NCBI GenBank assembly: GCA_964016885.1
Contig: OZ024740.1
Coordinates: 410,812,001-410,876,000 of the forward strand
Direction: 5' to 3'
Source of the DNA: Eledone cirrhosa
Lineage: Eukaryota
Length of the DNA: 64,000 bases
Position numbers and translations under genes: made by a program. Positions within the stretch are counted from its first letter, which is position 1. Each line of letters opens with the position of its first letter. The notes below the pieces were generated by a model, which saw nothing but the letters and a program-made list of their open reading frames with translations, ran no database searches and was not told the origin of the DNA. This document shows, one piece after another, positions 13,011-26,269 of this stretch.

Positions 13011-13780
13011 GAATTCTGTGTTCTTTGGATTAAAAGTTGAAATATAGGGTATGACCTTTCATTTATTCTCTTATATATTCTGTCTGTCTACATATGTGTC
13101 AATCTGGGTCTCTGTCTGTGTGTCTACATGTTTATATCCATCTTTGACTGTCAATAAATAGCTATATATGTATATTTACCAATATCTTCTGACAAGAACA
13201 ACAAAAATAAAAAAAACAACTCAATTCCCAATAGAGTTCGGAGATACACACACACACACATATATATATTTACGCGCTCACACAAACACCTATGTATTTG
13301 GAAATAAACACGCTTTGTATTTGTTACGAGCAAATATTTAGATGTTTACACATGTGAATATGTGAGAATATGTTCATATTAAAAAAAATGAGATTTTATA
13401 TTTAATATTTGTGATCAAAGTTTGAGAAGAAATTTACAATTTAAATATTTTTAATATTTATACTCGATGGAATTTTACCGAAATATTCTTGGAATATCAA
13501 GCAATTAACTAACAGAGTGTCTCATAGTAAGGGGATTCGTGTGGAATAAGTGAAAATTGATATTGTTTGTTTATCTATGTTATGTTATTGGAAAGGAAAC
13601 TTTGTTTTTCACCGACCTGTGTATTTTCCATTGCAAAATATATAATCAAAATAGAATAAACACATAAACAGTGGTTATCTGTTGATATCCAAGAAAACAA
13701 GCGAGTCCGATCTTCTAAAGACATAATGATTTTTATAATTGTAATAGTAATAATAGTAATATAAACAACAACAGCGATAA

Positions 13781-14278
13781 TAATAATTGTTTCTACTTTT
13801 GGCACAAGGCCAGTAATTACCCAGTACATTACTGGTACTTTATTTTATCGACCCCGTAAGGATGAAAGGCAAAGTTAATATTAATATTAATAATAATGCT
13901 TTCTACAATAGACACAAGGCCACAAATTTTAAGGGGGAGGGGAAAGTCAATTAAATCGACCCCAGTGCATTACTGGTGCTTTATTCATCGACTACGTAAG
14001 GATGAAAGGCAAAGCTAACCTCGGTAGGATTTGAAATCAGAACATAAAGGGCTGTAACTCTATGCCACGAAGCATGTTTTTCGACGCTTTACCGATTCTG
14101 CCAATCTATCGCTCTCGAAAATAACAATAATAGTAATAATGATATATTTAAGGCACATGACCAGCAATTTGATGGGAAGGGGAAGTCGATTAAATCGACC
14201 CCAGTGGTACTTTATTTTATCGATACCAGGAGGATGAAAGGCGAGATGACCTCGGCAGGATTTGAACTCAGAACATAA
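13781..14278 (-). mobile_element. Cluster of three family-1 SINE copies (13781-13877 partial, 13896-14116, 14146-14278 partial)
   Basis: Repeated GGCACAAGGCC / ACTGGTACTTTATTTTATCGACCCC / GGATGAAAGGCAAAG blocks. Confidence 0.85.
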
Positions 14279-14294
14279 ATGATAATAAAAATAA

Positions 14295-14890
14295 TAATTG
14301 TTTCTTTATTAGCCACACAGGGCTTACATCAAGAGGACAGTATAGAAATTTGTGTGAAAGAAAGGTTTAAAACATATTATGGTGGGGTTCTCTTATGGAG
14401 AGGTCACGAAAACCTTGAAGACTATGCAATTTCTTCGCTTTTAAAGAGCATCTCGACGTTGGCGAACTGTTTTGCTTTGCTCTCTGCATGAGGGTAACAT
14501 TGACCATAACTTCTTTCAAGGCCTTTTTTACTTGGGTAATTGAAATGTTTTTGGCTGAAATGTTTTTGGCTGTTTTTGCTACTATTTCGGGTGCCTTCCC
14601 GTCTTCAAATTGTATTATGTTTTTGCCCTGGGCCAATTCAGCTTTTTATTTTTATTTCCCAGTGGTAATACAAACATTTCTTTTTTATTTGCATTTCAAT
14701 GTCCGAGGTCGTTTTCGTAGCTGTTTTGTTGTTGGCCTAAACAACTTTTCATCGGTCTTGTTGTTGCTTTTGTTTTGTCACTGCTGTAGTTTTTGAGATT
14801 CATGTTGTCAATAATGTTGGTATTGTTGTTGATGGTACTGTTATTATTTATATCAAAATGTTTTGTTGTTGTTATGGGGGGGGGGTAGGT
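14295..14890 (-). mobile_element. Internally deleted Tx1-like element (ORF1 N-terminal part joined to 3' UTR)
   Basis: 14298-14345 matches the reverse complement of the Tx1-B 3' end. ITQVKKALKEVMVNVTLMQRAKQ plus frameshifted FANVEMLFKSEEIA aligns with Tx1 ORF1 (SQIQKALGHV..RRGQKYGTVDVFFETPQEA). Confidence 0.6.
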
Positions 14891-15698
14891 AGGTAGAAGT
14901 GTCGTTATTGCTACCGTTGTAGAACTTCAAACATATTACAACTGATACTGTCAATGCAATAGAAATATCAACACAAAAACCACTGCGCATAACCAAGGCA
15001 CACAGAGTTGTTCTCAATAATGCTGTAACAACATGCTACAAATTTGTGGTGCGGAGTTATATTGAAATCAATTGAATTTAAAAGAAATTCAATGGTAATC
15101 ACACTATACAACGTATGACAATTTTCCCATTAGAGCATATTCTATTAGTCCCTAGAACTAATAGAATATGCTCTAGATCCAGTATTGACCTGTATACCAA
15201 TGAACAATGCCCTCTCTTAACTTTAATTCCTCGGTTTACAATCACTTGCTGAAAATAAGTCGATGTTTCGGTCCATGTTGACCATTCTCATTCATTTCGC
15301 ATATTTATAGGATGGCAGCAGCTGCCTCAATATTCCGATTTGATTTTCCGCATGGAACATGAAAGGGTTGATCAAGATTTTCCAAAGAAAACGTTAAATC
15401 GTAGATACTTCATTATGAAAGTGCTTGCGGTTTATTATGAATCCTATTACACAGATCTACCTCCATAACATGACTGTATGGATAAATCTCATATATTCAT
15501 ATGACGAAATAGTGTATATATCCAACTCTACATTTCGTATTATTTTCTTTAATAACATAAACTTTCACTTTATATGAATATATTCCTATATAACGAAAAT
15601 ATCTAGACAACACAGTATGCCGTCACTGAGCACTTTATTAAACATTTACTGAATATATACAAGTATGTGCAAGTATGTACATAAATACACATACACAC

Positions 15699-15829
<131 letters not shown>

Positions 15830-16170
15830 TTTAAAAACAAATAACGAAACGAAATTAAATTTCGTTTCGTTTGTAACTCACTTTTGTATGACTGACGCTT
15901 AAACAATTAAGTTAAAAATGTACATCCACATATGTATACTGAAATACTAGTATGCATATGAATACACACACGTATACATATGTAGATGTACCGAGTTTTT
16001 CACTGGTCACTTTACTGTGAGTGTCCAGCTATTCTGTATGTAAACACACAGACAAACCGGTTTTTAGATATATTTATATATATATTTATTAAAATAACAT
16101 TAAAGTTGAAGCAAAGAATCGCTGCTTTCCTGTTTTCACCCTTAATGTAGATGTATATATATATATATAT

Positions 16171-16361
16171 AACGAAGGAAATGTGGTAAGGAACCAGGTG
16201 GACCATAACGCACCAAAGTACTCAATACTTAAGGTAGTAGAGTGGGTAATAGGAACGAGTAGGAACCCGACGGCTGAGCTCAAGCCGTTTCGACGGCTAA
16301 TTTTTAGTCCAGAATTAGCCGTCGAAACGGCTTGAGCTCAGCCGTCGGGGTCCTACTCGTT

Positions 16362-16365
<4 letters not shown>
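16171..16365. repeat. Family-H fold-back element in (TA)n
   Basis: Arms about 16249-16302/16313-16365; GAAAC 16324, GTC 16344-16346. Confidence 0.8.
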
Positions 16366-16398
<33 letters not shown>

Positions 16399-16514
16399 AA
16401 TGAATAATAAAACATGTAGACAGCATAGAAAGGTAATTTATTCCGAGTCCTTAGAAATGTTTGAACAGTAGTTACACAGCCTAGTCATGCTATGTGGAAA
16501 TTGGTAGTTATTTA

Positions 16515-16571
16515 TTTGCAGATACTCAATTTTCAAATGCTACTTCTCCTATCGTATCTTCAGAGCAGAAT
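16515..16571 (-). ncRNA. Degenerate hammerhead candidate in a PLE-like tail
   Basis: Minus strand CTGAAGA..GAAA..TC, about 120 nt before a (TA)n terminus; stems I and II are weak. Confidence 0.35.
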
Positions 16572-16889
16572 GGTTAAAGTGTAAATTCCCTTGTATTTTT
16601 TAAAGGAAGTTATTGGGGAAGATAGAGTAGAAAAAGGAAACGAAGGTGGCTGTGGAGATAGATAGATAGATATATTTCTTTATTTACCATAAAGGCATAA
16701 AAAGAAGGGACAAATACAAAGGGGGAGTTTACATACAATCGAGTAAAAAGGGTATAAAATGAAAATAATCGAAAATAACCTCAAAGGGGAGGGGACGTGA
16801 TGGGGGTTGCACACACCCCCGAAAAAGTGTGCAATCCTTTGCCCGGGGAGCACATGGAGAAGGTGCTCCCCTCTCCTTTACTTCTTTAC

Positions 16890-19800
16890 CTACAGGATGG
16901 TATACAGAGAAGGCCCATTTACACGAGCCATTCTCGCCACTATCACCCACCTTTCATAAAACTGCCTGTGGCCAAGCACCTCTCTCTCCATTCTTATTAT
17001 TCTTCTGAAGTGATATCGGAAGAAGTAGACCAGACTATGGCCAGAGAGGAAGTTACCTGACCTCAGACCTTTCAATCGTGTCCACCAAACAACCTCTTTC
17101 AACATGGCTATTACGCACAGAAAAACCGCTTTTGCTTCCTTTGTGAAGAGGGGAGGCGGTTTGATTGTCATCACGGACTCGGCGGTCAATTGAATCGGCG
17201 CCACCCGCGACAGCAGTCGTTCGGCGTAGCCCCACAGATCAGCCACGCCCGGACATTGCACCAATGCGTGCGCAACGGTTTCTTCGTGACGCACGCATCT
17301 AGGGAAAATCTTTTTTGAGGGATCCCTGCCCGGGCGCCCGTGTCTGTAGAGCCTCTCTCGAACGGGTAGAGCCCTCCGGTAGCACTGCCAGGCTAGTGAC
17401 TTCTGGAAGTTGTCCATTGGTCCCGGGCCGAAAGTTCTACCGAACAGGCTGGCCAGTTCGTCCTCTTCCATGTCCAGCGACTCTCCAAGGGTGTCATCGC
17501 CCCTGCTAGCCACCAGCCCTCTATAGAATGATGAGGTGGATTCTCCACCGACGGCCTGGCCCGCTTGCCAGAGATCCCTGAGCGCCTGAGCACACTCAGT
17601 GTGCCAGTCTCCCAGTTTTCCGGATCTTTGCTTGACCCAGGACTGCAGCTCGGTGAGCGAGACGAGTCTCGGAAAGGCTCCTTTCACGAACGGAGCCCAC
17701 ACCGGTTGACCAGTGAGGAATACCTGTAGGTGCCGTAGCCTTAATGCGGGCCTACGCATCATCAACCGCGGCATCCCCAGCCCTCCTTTCGAAGGTTGTT
17801 GGCAGCAGATGGATCTTCTCACCATAGGAGGGCGATTCTTCCAAAGAAATTGGAAGAGCATGCATTCCATGGTGGTGAGTGTTTCCTTAGGGCAAGGCAC
17901 GACAGTCAGGCGGTAGTAAGTGACGGACGCTATGTAAATGTTCGCCACCTCCGCCCGGCCTTTTAGGGACAGCTTACACTTGGCCCATTTCTGGGTTAGT
18001 GCAAACACCTTGTTCGTAACCTCGTTCCAGTTATTTTCCACCTGGAGGTCCGGTCCAAACCAGACCCCAAGCAACTTTACCGGGCCCTCCGTCCAGTGTC
18101 CGACGACACCGTCGGGAGGCATCGGTCTGCCTCTCCACGTTCCGAGTTGCAGCCCGATGGATTTTTCCCGGTTCAGTTTCGCTGCTGACAACCTTTCGAT
18201 CTCCGAGTCGGTCGATACCATTACTGTTACGTCATCGGCGTAGGCCGACACCGCTTTGCTCAATCCTGGTTCCAGGGGGATACACTGCAACAACTCCAAC
18301 TTCCTCAGTAAAGGCTCGAGAGTCAATACGTACAGAAGGGAGGAGAGAGGGCACCCCTGTCGAATGGATCGTGTTATTTCGAACGGCTTCGAAAGGTAGC
18401 CGTTCACCTTGATCCTAGAACAGATGTGGTTGCTATGTAAGGCAGTGATCCAGCCTCTGAAAACAGGACCGAACCCAGCCGCCGCTAGCACCGCATCCAG
18501 GTAACCATGGTCGACCCTATCGAAGGCCTTAGACTGATCCAAGTTGATCAGGGCCCCACCGAAGGCGGGTTTGTTGCCAACCCTCTCTATGATGTATCGC
18601 ATGAGGTGTAGGTTATCGTGAATGGACCTGGATGGGATAGCACATGTCTGCGCATCTCCCACCAGGCCACCCACGACAAGCGCCAACCTCTTTGCTAACA
18701 CCTTGGTCAAAATCTTTAACTCTGTGTTTAGCAGGGTTATGGGCCGAAAATTATTTATACTATCTCCCTTGTTATCGTCCTTCCTCACCAGCGTGACTAC
18801 GCCCTTGGCTACAGAACAAGGAATTCTCCCGTTCTGCTGCCAATTGCAGTAGACCGCTTCGAGGAGTTCGGAGAAGAAGACCGGCATTGCTAAATAAAGT
18901 TCGTAAGGTATACCATCGAGATCTGGAGATTTGTGTCTGCTGCATTGGCTCAGCGCATCTCCGATCTCATCAGCCGAGATTGGGCCCTCGCAGGACTCTG
19001 CCTCTTCGCTCGAGAGACGCGGCAGGCCGTCGAGGTATGGACCGAAATCCACGTCCCCACTCGGACCCTAGCCTCCCCCGAACAATCGGGCAAAGTGCCT
19101 TTGAAAGGCCTCGCACATCTGCTTAGGCTCCCGGATCACCCGTCCATCTTCGTCTTGCAACGACCGGATGGTGGATCGATTTCCACTCTTAGCTTCTGTC
19201 ACGTGGGCCCAGCCAACGGCTTTGGCCCCCTCATTACCTAGAGCTCGTATTTTACTTCGAATGACGCAGCCTTCGGGCTTTGCATCGAAAAACTGGTTCA
19301 AGGCCGTCCTCGATGCCAGCACTCTGGCCACATCTTCGTTCTTGATTGCCTCTTCTAATTTACCTGTTAATTCTTTCTCGTTTCTATTCCTATCGGCAGC
19401 TAACATCTTGCTGTAACTTATTGATTCTGTTCTAATCTCTCTTTTGAGAGATGCCCACCATCGGTTGTTGACGATTGCACCCGTCAACCTCTCCTTAACT
19501 AATCTGCTAATCCGGTTTCTGTAAGTCTCTTTTGCCGGTAAAGACAAATTAAGTTTCCAGTAACCGGGACACTGTTTATGTGTTTTCTCGAGATTGACTA
19601 CGCAGGTCACTAATTTGTGATCCGTGTAGCCAACCGTGCGCATTTCTGGACAGCTTAATATGTCCCTATCCTTACTTCTAACTAAAAATCTATCTAAGTA
19701 CGATCTAGATTGACCACTGTGGTTTCTCCAAGTCCAGGTAGGCACAGTTGGAAAATTTAGTCGATATCTATCGACCATGTTAAAACGGTCGAGTAACCCC

Positions 19801-20296
19801 TTGAGGCTGTTACCCCCCCTCTATTAGGACATGCTCCTGCATAGTCCCAACGTGCATCTAGGATGTCATTCCAATCCCCCGCTAGAAGCAGGGAACGCGA
19901 CGTTCCCAGAAAAGTCTCCAAACGCTGGAAGAAGTCGGGCCGTTCAGCTCCGAAAGGGGAGTAGACGGCGACCAGTCTCAAGGCCGCACCTTCACTACTG
20001 CCAACGTCTAGCACCAACAAACGACCCTCCGGGTCCGAGTGCACAGCCTGTACGGCAAGATCCAGGTGTTTTTGGAGTAGTACGACAACCCCACCCCCAC
20101 CTCCAGGTTGACAGAGAGATGCATGCACCTCAAAGTCATCGAAGGTAGGGGCCAGCTGCCGCACGACGCTGATCCGAGTCTCACAGATAACCATTACATT
20201 TATACCACATGACCTGAGGTCATTTAGAAGCTTTGCTTGCTTCCAAGTTGAGCCCAGGCCACGTGCATTCAAACATCCTACTCTTAACACATCCAT
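16890..20296 (-). pseudogene. Tx1-A ORF2 (APE endonuclease + RT + Cys/His C-terminal motif), frameshifted
   Basis: LRVGCLNARGL, GDWN, YLDR, TDH; NFRPITLLN, DQSKAFDRV, RQGCPLS, YADD; RCVRHEETVAHALVQC. Split across ORFs 19757..20296, 19068..19778 and 16890..19052. Confidence 0.92.
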
Positions 20297-20329
20297 GTGG
20301 GCGGCAGAGCCAAAGGAGAGTGTAGAGAC

Positions 20330-22233
20330 CTACCTTTCCGCTTCCCGGGGTTCGTGTCGCACGACTTCCATGGGGTCGGGGGTGTTGGGTGAAGGGGTGT
20401 CTTGTGGTGGTGTGGGGTCGTCAGTGTGTGGTGGGGTTGTGGTGTTTGGAGTTGTGTTGGGGAGGGGAAGGGGAGGGGGAAAGCTTTTTAGTAGGACGCG
20501 GTTTATGGGTTTGACAGAGGGTGGTCCTACGTCCTCCTTAAAATCCTTTTTTAGTTTTTGGTAGAGGTTCATTGGGATCTTTATTAATTTTAAATGTGGG
20601 TAGTTTTCTGAAGAAACAAAGTTTACACCTTCGGTTTGTACCGAAGGATTATTGTATATGAGTTCATTTAATTTATTATTGTTTCTGTTGATGTAAGTAT
20701 AGTGTAATGTCTTTTTTTCGGATGGTGTGAGTGTTTCGAAGAGAGGAGGGGCAGGTTTGGTTTTGTTTGTTGCTGAAGGGGTGTTTTCTGTTTTGTTGGA
20801 TTGTGTTGACATTTGGGTGGGGGTTGTTTGGCCTTGTGTGTTTTGCACATGTTTTCTTTTTTTCCTTTTAATCTGTCTGAAGGACTCCGTTTCTTCCTCC
20901 GAATTCGTTGGGTTATCTTCAGTGTTGGAGGGAAGAGGTATGTTTGCTGGTAATGTTTCCGTGTTGGTTTTCTTTGTGGGGGAGATGGATGTCACTATGT
21001 TAGACTGTGTTGTGTGTTGTGTCTGCGGTGGTTGTGTTGTTTTATTGAGTGAGGGGTTGGGTGGGCCTGCATTTTGTTTTGGGGTAATGTTTTGTGACTG
21101 TTTGTGTTGTGGTGGTGGTGTAGTTTTACTGAGGGACGGGTTGGGTGGGACTGAGTTTTGTTGTTTGTTTATCTGTTGTGGTGGTGGTGGTGGAGCTGGT
21201 GTTGGTAGCAGGGTTTTCTTTTTGTTGAGTTGGGGACAAGCGGCCTTCAGGTGCCCTCTGCCTGCACAGATATGACAGGACGGCCTTCTCCCCTCCACGC
21301 TAATGTTTATATACCCGTGGCCCTCTAATAGGATTCTGTCAGGTATTTGGGCGATGCGTTCAGGCTTCATTTGCACTACCAGCTCTATACCTGTTCCACT
21401 GAACGCATTGCCTGTGGTTTTCCCAATGGAAATCACGTTGTCATTCACTGGATCGATGAAGCCAGCTATGAGCCAGCAGTAGTCCACATCTGGCATCATT
21501 GCATCCAGCCATATGCGTTGAGTTCTTTTACCCATATAAGATGGATAAAAGGTAAAATTTTTCGAACGAATCGGTGACAAAGCACATTTTTTTGCCGCCG
21601 ATTCGTTCTTCATAATAATTGCTAGGCTTCCATACAGTCTGTCTTTTCTTATGAAAGTGGTTTCATTAAGTACTTCTGTGAGTACTGTTTTGATATCTGC
21701 TTGAGTTGGTTGTTCAGGTTTTTTTGAAGTGTTGTTGATGGTGCGGAACACGACCGTTCGACTTTCAATGTCTTTGGTGAGTTCTTGAGGCATTTTTACC
21801 GATAAAATACCATTCTCTCCTTCACTTATGTATTGTTTGGCGTCTGTGATTCTTCGTGCCACATCTGAAATATTTTCAGGTATATATGTCAAAGATTTCT
21901 TTGTTGTTTGTGCAATTGAAATCTTGTTGACTTTGTCGTCTGCTTTGCTTTTTGTTATGATGTTGTTTTCAAATGTTATTTTTGTGTTTGTTGTGTCTTT
22001 GTTTGTGGTATTAATATTGTCATGCAATTTTTCAAAATTTTTTTTTCGTTGTTGGAATCCATGTCCAGATTTGTGTTTTCGTCATTTTTTTCCGCAGATT
22101 CGTCTGTTTTTATTTTATTTTTTCCTTCCTTCTCTATGACGTTAGTTGGGAAGGAAGGGGGGACTAAAGCGTGCGAGCTTACAACTCTTACCGCTGCCCC
22201 CCCACCACTATTTTCGTTCGCTTCGTTTAACAT
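20330..22233 (-). CDS. Tx1-A ORF1 (nucleic-acid-binding, zinc knuckle); N-terminus probably frameshifted near 22030
   Basis: 565-aa ORF 20330..22027 with CHICAGRGHLKAAC and a P/T/Q-rich region; overlapping upstream ORF 21976..22233. Confidence 0.8.
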
Positions 22234-22470
22234 TTCTGTCAGACGATTGAAATTTTTTTTGCCACAAAATTTAAAAAAACAGGTTTTTCACCTCTAGGAG
22301 GGGTAAAGATGAGCTGACCCACCGCCTGACAGTTCAGACAGGGGGGGGGGGGTCAAGCTACACAATAGTATCAAAATTAATTTGAACTTACAAAATTTCC
22401 GCAATGAATTTGAACAAAACTTCTGCGCGAAGTGAATTACATCCACACTGTAGAACAGACGACAGCTAGA

Positions 22471-22499
<29 letters not shown>

Positions 22500-22513
<14 letters not shown>

Positions 22514-22788
22514 TGTATGGGTCGGAGAAATGGGAGAGTGGTTTGAAGAATACAGATAGCTCTTTCTTTCTCTCTCTCGCCCTCTGTCTACCTCCCTCTC
22601 TCTCCGCATCTATCAACCTGCTCTCTGTGGCAATAAATAATTCCAAACTTGACAATATCAACACAATGACTAAGTTGTCACTTTGAGAGTATGCAGTATA
22701 ATAAAACCACTTGTTGAACCCCTATCACAACATTTAGATTAAGCTATCTGTATTCTTCAAACCACTCTCTCCCATTTCTCCGACCCTA

Positions 22789-22854
<66 letters not shown>

Positions 22855-22885
22855 TCTCTCTCCCTCTCTCCACAGCCACCTTCGT
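22500..22885. repeat. Inverted repeat (PLE-tail-like) interrupted by Tx1-A
   Basis: 22500-22561 is the reverse complement of 22742-22800; 22867-22885 is the reverse complement of 16640-16658. Confidence 0.8.
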
Positions 22886-22889
22886 GCAC

Positions 22890-23655
22890 ACAGCAGACGG
22901 GAACTAAAATAAAGAAGATGTCATCATCGTTCACGATGGACAACCAAGAGGTATACTGTAGCCTGCAATTTTGTCATGAACAGGAAGTTGGAACAAAGGG
23001 CCAACGCAAAACTTTGCTTTCAACTTGAGAACTCTGCTACAGGGACAGTGCGCCTGTTTCAATAAGTTTATGGTGACGAAGCTATGGGTCGTACGCAATG
23101 TTTCAAAAGCGAAGAAAGTCCATGGAAGATAACGAGCGGTCTGGAAGACTTGCCACGTGCGTCACCCAGGGTAATGTGGAGAAAACTAATCAGCTTGTGT
23201 ATGATGATAGTCAGTGGACAACCAATGATATTGTTGAAGTTGTTGGTCTGTGGTATGGGTCCGTGTAGAATTGGATTATTCACAACGACAATACACCCTG
23301 TCACTGAGCTCTCTTCTCTTGTAAGTTTCTCGTCAAAAACAATATTGTATCGCTTCCACACCCACCCTATTTGCCAGATTGAGCATCCGCAGACTTCCAT
23401 CTCTTCTCCAAGTTGAAAATGCAGCTCAAAGGTTCCCGTTTTAACACCGTTGCCGAGATCCGGAGTAAATCACAGAAGGTTATCGACGCGCTTACCGAAA
23501 ACGACTTCCAGGTCAGACTCCAAAAGTGTCAGAAACAGTGGAATCAGTGTATTGCTGCCTAAAGTGACTATTTCGAAGAAGACGATGTAAAACGTAGGTA
23601 AATATACTAATTTTCTTTTAAACATAACGAGTTCGCGGGAACGTTTTGATACAAC

Positions 23656-23661
<6 letters not shown>
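22890..23661 (+). mobile_element. Degenerate, internally deleted mariner DNA transposon
   Basis: From ATG 22976: MNRKLEQRANAKLCFQL..VYGDEAMGRTQCF; EDNERSGR; IHNDNTPCH; PHPPYLPD*ASADFHLF (YSPDLAPxD motif). Right TIR-like end TTTTGATACAACCTCATA; left TIR not seen. Confidence 0.85.
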
Positions 23662-23695
<34 letters not shown>

Positions 23696-23710
23696 CGTGT
23701 GTGTGTGTGT

Positions 23711-23900
23711 AACGAAAGAAGTGTGGTAAGGAACCAGGTGAACCATAACGCACCAGAGTACTCAATACTTAGGGTAGTTGAGTGGGTAATAGGAAAGTGT
23801 TCAAGACCCCGATGGCAGAGCTCAAGCCGTTTCGACCGTTATTTCTGGACTCCGTCGAAACGGCTTGAGCTCTGCTGTCGGGGTCTTGATCATTTTCCTA
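23711..23900. repeat. Family-H fold-back element
   Basis: Homologous to 16171-16365 but with a different fold-back centre. Confidence 0.8.
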
Positions 23901-25451
23901 TATATATATACACTCACAGAGACCTACAGACGCACACACACACATACAAACACACATACACACACATACACACACGTATATATATGTCCTTTTATATTTG
24001 CATCTTGAGCCTTTTAATTCATAGGTGAAATAATCTCATACGCGATGTACCTTTTTATTAGCTCCAGTTATGAGTGCCATTTAATATAAATATATATATA
24101 TATATATTATTATTATTTTTCATTTGATTCTCTTTTGTGTTGTGAACCTATTAGTGGACATGCATTGTCTATGGTGTGTCATCAGATAATAAAATTAACA
24201 ATCATATTGAAGACACGTTATTACATGGTAGATTTGCTGAGATGGCGCATTGGTGATTTAGCAAAATTCTGCCATGATAATATACATAGCCTTTCCATTC
24301 TCTCTAGTCAATAAAATGATTACCGATAATGCATTGAATTCCAGTTATTGAATAAATCTATAAAGCTCCAATAGGCTCCAATTATTATAGTCCTTTTGGT
24401 TATTTGTAGTGTATCTAATAACCGGTTTGCTGTGTCAGGCTTATTTCTGAGTTTGCATGTAAACAATATTGTTAGTGTAACCTGCATAGAAATTGTCGAT
24501 AGAATTGGATCATATTTCTATTTATATGCACGTGAACAGTTCGTCACTAATATGCTGATTTAACGCAATGTGACATATCTTTTGTTATAATCAAGTACAA
24601 ATTTTAATGTAATTCTACTTAATTATATATTTCGCTATTTAGGAGTATATTGGAAGCATTTTGTGAATCGTCTATAAATGTGAGGCTAAAATGTTAAATA
24701 TACAATACATACATTAGCTAGCTACCTTTATATGTTGGTGTTGCAGTAATATCTTTATGTACTCTTATAGAAAACCGTTTGAATGAAGTACAACTCCAAG
24801 CATGATAAAAATATTGTTTCACATCTGAGGATGTTTTGAGCGTGATAGTAAATAAGAATGATCTGCCAAGATGTCAGCTCTTTGTACCTCTGCCCAATTA
24901 AGTCCACGCTATTTGATATGGTGTTACACCAGATACTCAGTAAAAATTATATTAAAACTGACATTTATAATTTCCGTAACAGAAACAAATTCAGCAAACC
25001 GCACATAAAATCAACCCGAAGCTCCAAACAATAAGGGTTTACAGTGAAATTACCAAGGCCAACTATTCTTGCGATGATATATAGATGTGCAGAATAAAGT
25101 TGAATATGAACCATTATACAAGGTCTATATATAATAAAGGAGCTTTTGTTTCGCATATAGTTAGATAGATAGATTATCAATTGCCGAATGTAAGCTATAT
25201 TAATTTTGTCGAGGACCATAATTAATATACTTTGATGTCAGTACTGGACTATTCCTAATTGCCCTGGCAAATTTGTTCATATTTTGTCACCTCACTACCA
25301 AGTTCCGTAGGGATATGCTCTGCCTCTGTTTAAACTGAGGTAGCATTGAGTAGGACGATGATTGACACGATATTGCAGTACCGTACATTGCATATTGTGT
25401 GAAGCACGTGGTGGTATTATGATTTTGTGATATATATATATATATATATAC

Positions 25452-25753
25452 AGTACCTGTTGAAGTCTAACAACCGAAGAGGGCTCGATAAGGATTATAT
25501 ATTACCTTGATCACCTTGATCGAGCGCCAATCGGAGCCGCTGGTCACAACACGTCGTGCTGTTTTAGCCATAAGATAACGCCATCCTACTGGCTGGGCGG
25601 GCAGGTACTCATTTTCTACAGCTGAGTAAACGAGAGCAACGTGAAATAAAGTGTCTTGCTCAAGGAAACAACACATCACCCGGTCAGAGATTTGAACTCA
25701 CAACCTTTCGATTGCAAGCTCAATGCTCTAACCACTAAGCCATGCGCCTTCAC
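25452..25753 (-). mobile_element. tRNA-derived SINE (family 2, V/Meta-SINE-like core)
   Basis: TGGCTTAGTGG A box and GTTCAAATC B box; core CCTTGAGCAAGACACTTTATT..CAGCTGTAGAAAATGAGTACC. Confidence 0.75.
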
Positions 25754-25994
25754 TATATTATATATATATATATTATATATATATAAAATCCGTAGAGCAA
25801 ATATTTATTATAAGAGCATATATATATGTATGTATATATATATATTTAATGAAAACTTAATTTAATGAAAACTTGTTCACGTGACAGCCATAATTTCATT
25901 TATAACCAATCAAATTACATTTATTAAAAAAAAGCCTTCGTGAGCCCCTTTTTTTAAGTAAAAAGAAATTCAAACACACACACACACACACACC

Positions 25995-26037
<43 letters not shown>

Positions 26038-26269
26038 ACACAGACACACACACACACACACACAGACACACACACAAGAATACAAATAAACATACATATC
26101 TTTACTTTCTTTATTCAATAGAAAATCTGAATTCTGACACCCCAGCGAACTAACCATATTCACTGAACCAGAACAATTCTCCATCCAATTTCTTATGACT
26201 ATTATCTTTTACTTGTCATAAAATTCTCTAAAAAGGCAACAGAATGGATTTCCAAATAAGGGCGCGAAA

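Larger units (their letters stand above)
16660..22475 (-). mobile_element. Tx1/L1-clade LINE, family A, near full length
   Basis: ORF1 with CCHC knuckle plus ORF2 APE-RT. 3' end AATAAAGAAAT followed by (ATCT)n. Splits the left arm of a fold-back element. Confidence 0.92.

Noticed and set aside
15190-15248. 59-nt minus-strand exon candidate (QVIVNRGIKVKRGHCSLVY)
   Set aside because: Weak donor, no recognisable protein and no partner exons; a host intron context cannot be excluded.
17053-22297. Many antisense or overlapping ORFs inside LINEs (also throughout 28-63 kb)
   Set aside because: Shadows of retroelement coding sequence with no independent motifs.
24160-25430. Unique-looking sequence as a host gene
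   Set aside because: No ORF with recognisable motifs and no consistent splice pattern.
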